This document shows positions 23,765 to 32,000 of a stretch of 32,000 bases of DNA, piece by piece. The notes under the pieces are model-generated. The model was not told where the DNA came from and made no database searches. It was given only the letters and a program-made list of their open reading frames with translations. Positions within the stretch are counted from its first letter, which is position 1, and the number at the start of each line of letters is the position of its first letter. The translations under genes were made by a program, and so were the position numbers. Source of the DNA: Candidatus Heimdallarchaeota archaeon B3_Heim (GTDB lineage: Archaea > Asgardarchaeota > Heimdallarchaeia > Hodarchaeales > Hodarchaeaceae); the NCBI GenBank assembly GCA_003144275.1, contig NJBF01000003.1, positions 1 to 32,000 of the forward strand, written 5' to 3'.

Positions 23765-24514
23765 TCAACTTAGAATATTCATAATATACAGAATATCGGC
23801 CTCATCTATCATTACAAGAATTCTTCTAAAATAATAGAACAGGATTATTGCCATAATCGGGCCCAAAATTCCCGATATTGGAAGTAGTATGGGCCAGAGG
23901 TCAATCTCAGTAACCGCAATTATTATGAAAAATGAGGCATCAAATAATGATCCAAAGAACATGATGATGGCCAATAGTGTAAATGCAAGAATGAAATTCC
24001 TATCTTTTTCTGCTAATTCGGATTCTTTAAAGACATTATAGCTTCGTAAACAGATTCGAACCAAAAGAATACTCGTAAGAACAACTGGTACACCATAGGC
24101 TACTAACGACAAAGTTCCAAAATACGGGTCTGAATCAGGTAAAGTGAGGAGGAGAAATGAAATACCAACCATGATCCCAAACAGGAATGGGAAGTATTTT
24201 TCCCACAAATTTCGCCTATTGATATAAGTTGTAAGATAATATAGACTTACTTCAAGATATAATGGAGTAAATATAAGACCGAGGAGATGTTTAATCATAA
24301 AATCAACCGTCTCTCTGTCTTCCATAATGACTATCATCCAATTGATAAAGATCAGGTAGGCTAATAGACCGAAACACATAATTGCAAGGTGAAATAAAGA
24401 CTCTTCTCTAAGGTTTAACCATATTCTAAAGAATTTGATACCTCCAACTAGAAAAATAAATGCAAAAACAATTAGAGAAACAAAAGTACTGATTCTTAGG
24501 AGTAAATCAATCAT
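23765..24514 (-). CDS. Hypothetical 7-TM membrane protein
   Basis: Seven hydrophobic segments by eye. GGTGA SD lies 4 nt upstream of the ATG, within the 3' end of the upstream RHH ORF. No Lys in TM7. Confidence 0.7.
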   Translation of the reverse strand: MIDLLLRISTFVSLIVFAFIFLVGGIKFFRIWLNLREESLFHLAIMCFGLLAYLIFINWMIVIMEDRETVDFMIKHLLGLIFTPLYLEVSLYYLTTYINRRNLWEKYFPFLFGIMVGISFLLLTLPDSDPYFGTLSLVAYGVPVVLTSILLVRICLRSYNVFKESELAEKDRNFILAFTLLAIIMFFGSLFDASFFIIIAVTEIDLWPILLPISGILGPIMAIILFYYFRRILVMIDEADILYIMNILS

Positions 24515-24517
24515 AAT

Positions 24518-24694
24518 TTATTCACCAAGTTCCTCCATAATTTCTTTTCCAAATTCTTTCACGAATTCGTGCATTTTTTCTTGGAGCACATAGGAACAGA
24601 GAACCGAAGGGCGTAATTTTGTCAGTTTTGCCAATCGATCGATCTCATGGAGCACCTCTAAGGGAAGTCGAATTGTAATGGTTGAAGTCTTCAA
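24518..24694 (-). CDS. Ribbon-helix-helix (CopG/MetJ/Arc-like) small DNA-binding protein (not in the ORF track)
   Basis: My translation from TTG 24694: MKTSTITIRLPLEVLHEIDRLAKLTKLRPSVLCSYVLQEKMHEFVKEFGKEIMEELGE* (58 aa). Alternating TITIRLP beta ribbon followed by helices; AGGTAG upstream; stop 3 nt before the next ATG. Confidence 0.7.
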   Translation of the reverse strand: MKTSTITIRLPLEVLHEIDRLAKLTKLRPSVLCSYVLQEKMHEFVKEFGKEIMEELGE

Positions 24695-24731
24695 TTGGGA
24701 TTCTACCTACCGATAACATAAATAGATGAGT

Positions 24732-24750
24732 ATACACTGTGCACAGGTAT
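24732..24750. promoter_or_regulatory. Palindrome CTGTGCACAG in the divergent promoter (candidate operator)
   Basis: Perfect 10-bp palindrome at 24737-24746, extended by ATAC/GTAT with a 1-nt bulge, between the RHH gene and the surface-protein gene. Confidence 0.4.
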
Positions 24751-24817
24751 TTTTAATTGAATTCATATATTATTCTATCGACCTTCCTCCCGGTAATTAG
24801 AGCTATTCGGTGATAAA

Positions 24818-26872
24818 ATGAGAAATCTTAGAATGTCTATAATCTTCACGATGAACAGTGCAGTCTTGATTTTCCTTTGCCTTTCGATGATCTACCCCAT
24901 TGAAGCAACAGAAAACCAGCTCAATCCAAACCCCCGAAATTCTATCTCTGAGAGAGAAATTTCTCCACGTATCCTTAGCACGACTGATCGGGTAGCTCTT
25001 GAGGATACCATCCTCCCATCGACAAATTTAACAGTTTCACAATTTATAACTGGGTCGGGTCAAGTAAATGCCTTTAGTACTTCAGTTTTATCCTTGAATG
25101 GTACACATTGGTTTACTCGTTCAGATTATGCTATCACAAGTGCCATTACTTCGCCCTTTGATTCAATAGTTTCACGCAATAGTGTGAATCATTCTTATCC
25201 TACCTCAGGATATTGGAATTGGGAAGAAACTGCAAATAAACCTTTCGATTTCTGGATAAATCCTTCAGGTTTTGCAATTGATTACATCTACTCAGTTTAT
25301 ATACCTGAGGCATCAGGTTATCGAGATGTAACTGTCGTGGGTTTAGAAAATATCACGATGATAGGAGTGGGAACATTTGAGGCATGGAATGTTACAATTG
25401 ATATTCCAGGTTTTCCAAATTTTGCTCTTTACGAGAAAAATAGTGGAACAGTCTTATCTAGATATTTGGAATTTTATCCAGGTACTGATTTTTGGTATAA
25501 TCTCACGTATGCTGAATTCGCCATCCTCCCTGGAGGTTACACCGGTCCTACACTAGAAGAATTTTCTCCAGCAAATTCATCACTACATGCACCTGGATCT
25601 CAAGTTTCAGTGTACTCATTCTCCCCCTACGGAGTTCAGGAATTACATTATGCTTGGGATGGTCAAACAGATACTGTTCTCGAATCCTCTGATTTTCAGA
25701 CTTCTCTTCCTAGCTTAGATGGTGTACATAACCTCTCTATTACAGTAATAGATAACATCGGTTATTTTTCTTCCTATTTACTTGTGTACATAACTGATAA
25801 TACCTTACCAGGTATAATACTAAATGATCCTCAGAATAATAGCCGAATCCAAGGATCAGCCGAATTGAACTTTACGATAGTATCAGGTAATGGTACTTTT
25901 ACATATAATTGGAATTATAGTCTTGTGAACGTTAGTTTTACAATGAGTGGTGATAGTACACTCCTAAATGTTTCCTCCCCAGAAGTGGAAAGTGTTCGTA
26001 TCTTACAAGTCTACATAAAGAGTGAAAGTAATATTACCGAAGTTTGGATTAAGAGCACCTACAGATTTATAATAGATAATACCCCTCCAGTGATTACGAT
26101 ATATGATTTTGTGAACAATTCGGTAATAAAGGGGGATGTGAGGGTAGAATTTTCCCCCTCTGAGAGTGTGAATGTATCTTACTCCCTTAATAGTGGTTTA
26201 GTAAACTTTATTTTCGTAGATGAAGAAACGAACTCCTCGTTGATTTTCAATAACCTTGAGAATGGAACTTATGTATTAGAAATAATTCTGGAAGACGAAG
26301 CAGGAAACAACAATTCTACTTCCTTAAGGTTTTCGATTTATTCGAGTTCGTTCAAGTGGAACTGGTATTTAGAGGCGGAGAAAACCCAGACATACGATTT
26401 CAGAGATGAAACGGGTACGTTATGGTTTTCGTTTGTAATCGTCTCGAAAACTGGGCAATCCTTCAATCTTTCCCTTCTCACCCCTTCCGACTCTCCTTCA
26501 TTATCTACAGATTCTCAATTTGGAATAAATTTTCTTTGTGAAGTTCCAGAAGAGGTCCTGTATGTTTCCTTTATTTATCATTTAACAGAGCCACTATTGG
26601 GAATAAATCAAAGTTTCCAAGTTAAACAGTGGGTTGTATGGAATGAACAGTCGCAAGAATGGTCTGAAGTGGAGACTATCTACAATCAGATATTACACGC
26701 ATGGGTAACGACATCAATAGGTTATAATCAATATTTTGCACTTGTAGGGACGGGGATGAGTACTCAGTTAAAATCTGTTGATGTAGGAGGAGGTACCATT
26801 CCCTCATTCGAGCTACCGTTTGTGATATTGTCAATTTTAGCTTTTTATAGTTTGAAATCAAAAAGAAAATAA
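24818..26872 (+). CDS. Large secreted/cell-surface protein with Ig-like repeats and a PGF-CTERM-like sorting signal
   Basis: Signal peptide; Ig-like repeats with DGVHNLSITVIDNIG, DNTLPGI, DNTPPVI and NGTYVLEIILEDEAGN; many N-x-S/T sequons; C-terminus IPSFE, TM, KSKRK. Confidence 0.8.
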   Translation: MRNLRMSIIFTMNSAVLIFLCLSMIYPIEATENQLNPNPRNSISEREISPRILSTTDRVALEDTILPSTNLTVSQFITGSGQVNAFSTSVLSLNGTHWFTRSDYAITSAITSPFDSIVSRNSVNHSYPTSGYWNWEETANKPFDFWINPSGFAIDYIYSVYIPEASGYRDVTVVGLENITMIGVGTFEAWNVTIDIPGFPNFALYEKNSGTVLSRYLEFYPGTDFWYNLTYAEFAILPGGYTGPTLEEFSPANSSLHAPGSQVSVYSFSPYGVQELHYAWDGQTDTVLESSDFQTSLPSLDGVHNLSITVIDNIGYFSSYLLVYITDNTLPGIILNDPQNNSRIQGSAELNFTIVSGNGTFTYNWNYSLVNVSFTMSGDSTLLNVSSPEVESVRILQVYIKSESNITEVWIKSTYRFIIDNTPPVITIYDFVNNSVIKGDVRVEFSPSESVNVSYSLNSGLVNFIFVDEETNSSLIFNNLENGTYVLEIILEDEAGNNNSTSLRFSIYSSSFKWNWYLEAEKTQTYDFRDETGTLWFSFVIVSKTGQSFNLSLLTPSDSPSLSTDSQFGINFLCEVPEEVLYVSFIYHLTEPLLGINQSFQVKQWVVWNEQSQEWSEVETIYNQILHAWVTTSIGYNQYFALVGTGMSTQLKSVDVGGGTIPSFELPFVILSILAFYSLKSKRK

Positions 26873-26889
26873 GAAAACTGGTGTAAAAA

Positions 26890-27291
26890 ATGTCTATGAA
26901 ACGAATTGAATATGAAGATGCATCAATTGTCCTCCGACTTATCGCATTACTCATTGATATTGTAATTGGGGTAATTCTTGCATTTTTAGTTGATATAGGT
27001 TGGACTTTAGAATATGATATTTTTTGGAAAAAGTTATTTAGTCTAGAAGGCGAAGCCATGTCTTTAGTTGTCCTCTGGTTCATTGTGGCTTTTCCAGTAT
27101 ACCATATCTTAATGTCTAGCTTAACGAATGGTCAATCAGCAGGCAAGTTATTTCTTGGAATTCGTGTGGTAACTGATTCTAACGACTCTACCAAAAGAAT
27201 GTTTGCGCTGCACTTTAAACGCTTTTTCTTCTTGCGAGCAGGAACAAAAGTCGTGAAAGAAATTGATCCTTCAGTCAAAGGTTTGACATAA
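26890..27291 (+). CDS. RDD family protein
   Basis: ASIVLRLIALLIDIV (R...D motif), TM helices, GQSAGKLFLGIRVV. Confidence 0.88.
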   Translation: MSMKRIEYEDASIVLRLIALLIDIVIGVILAFLVDIGWTLEYDIFWKKLFSLEGEAMSLVVLWFIVAFPVYHILMSSLTNGQSAGKLFLGIRVVTDSNDSTKRMFALHFKRFFFLRAGTKVVKEIDPSVKGLT

Positions 27292-27324
27292 CCTAAAAAC
27301 AATATAAACGAGAGATGAATCCAC

Positions 27325-28080
27325 GTGTCTGCAGTCGATGTTAAAGGTCCTAAAATATCACTTGAAGGAATGGTAACACTTGAACATGTTAATCGAGTAT
27401 ATTATATGGGAGGTCACACAATTCACGCATTGAAAGATATTTCATTATCTTTAGAAACTGGCAAGCTGGTTGTAGTCTTGGGTCCCTCAGGATCTGGAAA
27501 AACAACGCTTCTTAATGTACTTGGTGCAATCGATAAATGTGACGGGAAAATTACGGTAAGTGATTTAGAAATTACTCGATTAAATAAGAAGCAATTAACG
27601 AAATATAGACGAGAAAAATGTGGATTTATCTTTCAATTTTTTAATTTACTTCCTGTTTACAATGCACTTGAAAATGTCGAGTATGCGGTGGAACTAGCCT
27701 CTAAACTCTCTCGAAAGGAGACTACGAACCGCGCAACAGAATATTTACGAAAAGTTGGATTATACGAAAAACGGCATCATTTTCCTTCTCAATTATCAGG
27801 TGGTGAACAACAACGAGTTGCTGCGGCCCGTGCTATGGCAAAAAATCCTGCACTCCTTCTCTGTGATGAACCTACAGGAGAGCTATCTGTCACAGAAGGG
27901 AAGCAAGTACTTTCTGTTATTCAAAACATGGTGAAAGAACGTCCTGATGTTTTAACTATCTTGGTCACTCATAATCAGAAAATAGCCCAGATAGGGGATG
28001 TGGTGATTCGGTTACGATCAGGTGAAGTCGATTCAATTGAGAAACAAATCTCAATTCCCGCAGAGCAGTTATCATGGTAA
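27325..28080 (+). CDS. ABC transporter ATP-binding protein (LolD/MacB-like)
   Basis: Walker A GPSGSGKTT, Q-loop GFIFQFFNL, signature LSGGEQQRV, Walker B LLLCDE, H-loop LVTHN. Confidence 0.95.
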   Translation: MSAVDVKGPKISLEGMVTLEHVNRVYYMGGHTIHALKDISLSLETGKLVVVLGPSGSGKTTLLNVLGAIDKCDGKITVSDLEITRLNKKQLTKYRREKCGFIFQFFNLLPVYNALENVEYAVELASKLSRKETTNRATEYLRKVGLYEKRHHFPSQLSGGEQQRVAAARAMAKNPALLLCDEPTGELSVTEGKQVLSVIQNMVKERPDVLTILVTHNQKIAQIGDVVIRLRSGEVDSIEKQISIPAEQLSW

Positions 28081-28094
28081 AGAAGTGACTAATA

Positions 28095-30629
28095 ATGGCA
28101 AAAACAGTTAAGAATATTTATCGATCTATTAATGCAAACAAATTACGATTATTTACTATCGCACTTGTCATTGCGATTGGTATTACTTCATTTAACGGAA
28201 TGGTAACAGCCTTTGTGCATATGACTCGTACTTACGATAAGGCCTTCGAGGATCATAACATGGCATCTTTTACCATGCAAACAGCCAATCCTGGAGGGAC
28301 AGGAGAAGATGCCTGGATTGATTACGTAAACTTAACTAGTTTTATTAACGAATTTCGAGAACAAGAACCCCGTATAAAAGCATATGAGCTTAGAATTGTG
28401 TACAATACGATTTTTGAGATTCGAGGTGAAAAACAGAACGGACAAATAGTTGCTATGAATACACGTGATACAGAAGGGAACTTTCGGGAACAACCTGCCG
28501 TTAATGGTTACAGAATTCTCTCTGGTACCCCCTACTCAGAACTCAGTCGATATCAAAATGTCTGTCTTGTCGATGCGCATCTTGGAGAATACTGGAAATT
28601 AGAACCCCAAGAATTTATTGCCATTGGTGATTCAAGAACCCCCTTTGAAATACTTGGAGTTATTGGTTCACCCGAGTATTTGATTAATCAGGGACCCTTT
28701 GCCGACATTATGCCGAGTCCAAGGCGGTTTGGAGTAGTATTTTTACCTTTAAGAGCTGCACAAAATTTATTGGGAGTTCAGGGGAAAGTAAATGAGATAT
28801 CGGTTTTGCTTGAGGATGGGTTATCGAAAAATCGTAGAGAGGAAATTGCAGGCAATCTTAAAGATTTTCTGGAAACAAATCATGATCTTAAATTGAGTGA
28901 TCCTGTAGATATTGATAATCAGGCTTCTTATTGGCTTATGAGACTGGATATTGAGGAAGCACGTGAATTTGGAATTGTTCTACCAATAATTATATTGGGA
29001 ATGGCTATTGGAGGTTTGTATGTTCTTTTCAGTAGAATGGTAGTCGCAGAGAGAAAAGATATTGGTGTTGCTCAAGCACTTGGTTATGATAGAAGAACAA
29101 TTATTTTGCAGTACCTGGGTATATCAATGGTTATAGCGATTGTTGGAACAATTTTAGGGACATTGTTAGGCCTGTGGTTCTTAAGCTATTTTAGTCCACT
29201 CTACGTGGACATGCTCACGATTCCTTTTGAACCTGAAGTTACAATAGAATGGCCAATTGTTATAGCTGGTATCGTGATAGGAATTCTAACTGGCTTGATT
29301 GGTGGTTACTTCCCAGTCCGTGGATCTATCCAACCACTTCCAGCAGAAAGTTTACGTTTCGATCCCTCCCTCCACATCACAACTGGCAAAATCCCTCTGA
29401 TTGAACGTATTATTAGAAAGTTCAAGATTAACCCCAAGGTAACGGGTTTGAGACTTCCCCTCCGTAATATTTTTAGAAGTAAGCGAAGAACTTTTTCCTC
29501 TGTGTTCGCAATTATTGTATCTGTATCTTTGATATCAATGGCATTTGGTATGATTGAGTCTATGGATGAGTCCCTAACTTTTTATTATGATGTATCAGAA
29601 AATTGGGATCTTCGTGTGGATTTTTCAGAAATGCCGACGAATGCTTCACAGATTGCCCGTAGTTTAAAGCAGAATATCGATGGTGTTTCAGATATCACTT
29701 ATCATCTTTTATCTGGAGCAACTGTTACCTCATCTGAATCATCTCAGAAAAAGCAGGTGAGTGTTGTTGGCATGAATGATTCAGATGGATATTTGGGTCA
29801 TACATTCGATTTTCATGCTGGTGAATGGAATCCAGATGGAGTTGTCTTATCGGTACCAGTCGCAGATGCATTACATGTCGGTCTGAACGATGAGGTAAAT
29901 TTAGAACTTCCCAAATTAACAAAATTGGTTTCTACGACTCCTTTACGAGCCCATTTTGAGCTAGTAAATATTACTTTTCAAATTACGGGAATTATTGATG
30001 AATTTAATGGATTAGTAGCTTTTGTTGGATTGGATAATTTAATTTCAGCTAGTAATTTTCCTGGAGAACCTGCTAATACTCTCCTCATGAAGATCGAGGA
30101 TCCTACTCCAGAGCGCTTAGACATGATTCGGGAGGAGATTTTAGCCAAGTATGGGTACAATGTTAGAAACATTGCAACAAAAGCAGAACAGAGAAGTGAA
30201 TTACTAGAATTGATGGACTTAATGTATAACATCATTTACATCGTCGCTATATTTGCTGTTCTTCTCTCGTGTGCTATTGTGTATAATACAATATATATAA
30301 GCCTTCAAGAACAAAAACGGGAAATCGCTACTCTTCTCACCATCGGAACAGACAATAGAAAATTGATAAGAAATATAACCGTTGAAAATACCATCGTAAC
30401 TCTAATTGGCACAGTTTTCGGCTTAATTTTCGGGTGGATTATGTTATGGTTTTTCATGCGTGTGATTCTTAATATGGAATTTTTCCGTATCAGTCTTTTC
30501 ATTAGTAATAAAACTATCATCATTAGTTTTGTCCTGACATATATTGGAGTACTGGTTGCCCAATACTTTCCTTTACGCAAAACCTTGAATTTAAACCTAG
30601 CAGAAGCAACAAAGGAGCGAGTTGTGTAG
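28095..30629 (+). CDS. ABC transporter permease with two FtsX/MacB-type halves
   Basis: 844 aa duplicated architecture of TM, extracellular domain and 3 TM. FtsX motifs ERKDIGVAQALGY and QKREIATLLTIGTD. Confidence 0.92.
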   Translation: MAKTVKNIYRSINANKLRLFTIALVIAIGITSFNGMVTAFVHMTRTYDKAFEDHNMASFTMQTANPGGTGEDAWIDYVNLTSFINEFREQEPRIKAYELRIVYNTIFEIRGEKQNGQIVAMNTRDTEGNFREQPAVNGYRILSGTPYSELSRYQNVCLVDAHLGEYWKLEPQEFIAIGDSRTPFEILGVIGSPEYLINQGPFADIMPSPRRFGVVFLPLRAAQNLLGVQGKVNEISVLLEDGLSKNRREEIAGNLKDFLETNHDLKLSDPVDIDNQASYWLMRLDIEEAREFGIVLPIIILGMAIGGLYVLFSRMVVAERKDIGVAQALGYDRRTIILQYLGISMVIAIVGTILGTLLGLWFLSYFSPLYVDMLTIPFEPEVTIEWPIVIAGIVIGILTGLIGGYFPVRGSIQPLPAESLRFDPSLHITTGKIPLIERIIRKFKINPKVTGLRLPLRNIFRSKRRTFSSVFAIIVSVSLISMAFGMIESMDESLTFYYDVSENWDLRVDFSEMPTNASQIARSLKQNIDGVSDITYHLLSGATVTSSESSQKKQVSVVGMNDSDGYLGHTFDFHAGEWNPDGVVLSVPVADALHVGLNDEVNLELPKLTKLVSTTPLRAHFELVNITFQITGIIDEFNGLVAFVGLDNLISASNFPGEPANTLLMKIEDPTPERLDMIREEILAKYGYNVRNIATKAEQRSELLELMDLMYNIIYIVAIFAVLLSCAIVYNTIYISLQEQKREIATLLTIGTDNRKLIRNITVENTIVTLIGTVFGLIFGWIMLWFFMRVILNMEFFRISLFISNKTIIISFVLTYIGVLVAQYFPLRKTLNLNLAEATKERVV

Positions 30630-30640
30630 GAGGTAGAATC

Positions 30641-31384
30641 ATGGCATTTATAGAAATTTCAGAATTATCAAAGACATACTCGCTTGGAGAAACAACAACT
30701 CCTGCTCTAAATGGTGTTGATCTTGAGATTAATAAAGGCGAATTAGTAATCCTGTATGGTCCCTCTGGAGCGGGGAAAACTACTCTTCTAAATATGATCG
30801 GAGGACTCGATATACCTACATCAGGAACCGTTACCGTTGATGAAATTCCTGTTTCAACATTATCTGCAAAATGGTTAACTGCTTATCGGAAGAAAAAGAT
30901 CGGGGTTGTTTTTCAATTCTTTAATTTAATCTCGAGGTTAAATGCTCTTGAAAACATTGAGTACGCGATTGATCTGATCGGTGTTCGTCAAGGAGAAGGT
31001 AAGCCTTCTTTTAAAAGCAAAATTATACGCCAAAAAGCCAAGGAATATCTTGAAAAAGTTGGATTGAAGGACAGAATGCATCATTTTCCTGCCCAGCTAT
31101 CTGGAGGAGAACAACAAAGAGTTTCTATTGCGCGTGCCTTAGCTAAAGAACCAGAAATTCTCCTTGCAGATGAACCAACAGGAAACTTGGATTATAAAAT
31201 TGGTAGAAATGTGCTAGAAATAATGGAGGCAATGACAGGTAAAGCCCAAAATCGTACAGTAATCATTGTAACGCATAACCCAGCAATATGTCCTCTTGGT
31301 GATCGGGTTGTTCGATTATCAGATGGAAAGGTCGCAGAAAATTATACCCAAAAATATACTCCTGCTAAGGAACTGTATTGGTGA
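30641..31384 (+). CDS. ABC transporter ATP-binding protein (LolD/MacB-like), second copy
   Basis: GGAGGT SD; [44 protein letters not shown]. Confidence 0.95.
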   Translation: MAFIEISELSKTYSLGETTTPALNGVDLEINKGELVILYGPSGAGKTTLLNMIGGLDIPTSGTVTVDEIPVSTLSAKWLTAYRKKKIGVVFQFFNLISRLNALENIEYAIDLIGVRQGEGKPSFKSKIIRQKAKEYLEKVGLKDRMHHFPAQLSGGEQQRVSIARALAKEPEILLADEPTGNLDYKIGRNVLEIMEAMTGKAQNRTVIIVTHNPAICPLGDRVVRLSDGKVAENYTQKYTPAKELYW

Positions 31385-31451
31385 AATTCGGATCAAAATC
31401 GACAAAAAGAGGGGAGGAAAAATTCTTCTTAAAGAGCTTTAAGTGTTTAAT

Positions 31452-32000
31452 ATGTCACGAAGATCGATAAAAATACCACCAAAAGAAGCAGGGAGCGAAC
31501 CATCATCCGATGTTGAGAAATATGATGATGTATTGAGCTCTTTAGATACAATTCAAACAAGACGTAAAGTGGCAGCTTCTTCAAGCGGAAATACAGAAAA
31601 TCCTGTTAAACCTACCACAATTGTCATGGCAGTAGTAATTGTTGTCATAGCAGCAACACTTCTGCTGTCCTTTGGGTCTCTACCCAATGATTCAAAGAGT
31701 GACCCAAAACTTACCGATGGCCTTGATTTTGAGATAAGGCTCCTAGATAATACAACAGTATGGTTATCAGATTATTTGGGTAAACCCATCATTTTGGATT
31801 TATTTGCTACTTGGTGTGGACCATGCGCAGACCAAATTGTAGAATTGCAAAAATTGCAAAACAAGCATCCTAATGTTCATATAATCTCTGTTTCGATCGA
31901 GCCTAATGATGTCATAAGTGTTCTGGATGATTATGCTCTTGAACATAGTATGGATTGGATAATTGGACATGATTTCACCACAAAAGGTGCCTCACGGTTT
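31452..32000 (+). CDS. Membrane-anchored TlpA/redoxin family thiol-disulfide oxidoreductase (partial, runs off the window)
   Basis: Open from ATG 31452 to the window end (183 codons). TM helix IVMAVVIVVIAATLLLSF, then LSDYLGKPIILDLFATWCGPC. Confidence 0.88.
   Translation, partial: MSRRSIKIPPKEAGSEPSSDVEKYDDVLSSLDTIQTRRKVAASSSGNTENPVKPTTIVMAVVIVVIAATLLLSFGSLPNDSKSDPKLTDGLDFEIRLLDNTTVWLSDYLGKPIILDLFATWCGPCADQIVELQKLQNKHPNVHIISVSIEPNDVISVLDDYALEHSMDWIIGHDFTTKGASRF

Noticed and set aside
23765-24514. 7-TM protein considered as a rhodopsin
   Set aside because: There is no retinal-binding Lys in helix 7 and no rhodopsin helix-C motifs.
1-32000. CRISPR arrays, tRNA/rRNA genes, integrases or intact transposases
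   Set aside because: I saw no regularly spaced repeats, cloverleaf or rRNA-like GC-rich tracts, or recombinase motifs by eye.

Overview
This AT-rich, gene-dense 32 kb window looks like chromosomal DNA from an archaeon. GGTGA/GAGG Shine-Dalgarno motifs, TTTATAAA-type TATA boxes, a PGF-CTERM-like sorting signal and many zinc-ribbon membrane proteins suggest an Asgard (Heimdallarchaeia-like) lineage; this is inference, not verified. I found about 31 CDSs or remnants and no rRNA, tRNA or CRISPR array. Recognisable genes are cysS, homoserine dehydrogenase, a tungsten aldehyde:ferredoxin oxidoreductase, a class I/II aminotransferase, two flavodoxin-like proteins, CPBP and M48 proteases, a B12 radical SAM enzyme, a CDP-alcohol phosphotransferase, a MacB/FtsX-type ABC system with two ATPases, and a truncated TlpA-like redoxin. 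The strongest leads are: (1) a receptor-like protein with an extracellular beta-helix, one TM helix and a cytoplasmic RING-spaced zinc finger (16682-18523); (2) an apparent archaeal homologue of the eukaryotic SLC44/CTL/Pns1 transporter family (9120-10583); (3) a candidate homoserine-catabolic operon (unknown enzyme, aminotransferase, Hom, AOR) divergent from a stand-alone Lrp ligand-binding domain (10834-16653); (4) an orphan TnpB-type omegaRNA scaffold with its own TATA box and no tnpB (about 8867-9000); and (5) a minimal protein-kinase-like ORF (253-1011). All family calls come from motif recognition by eye; no database search was run.
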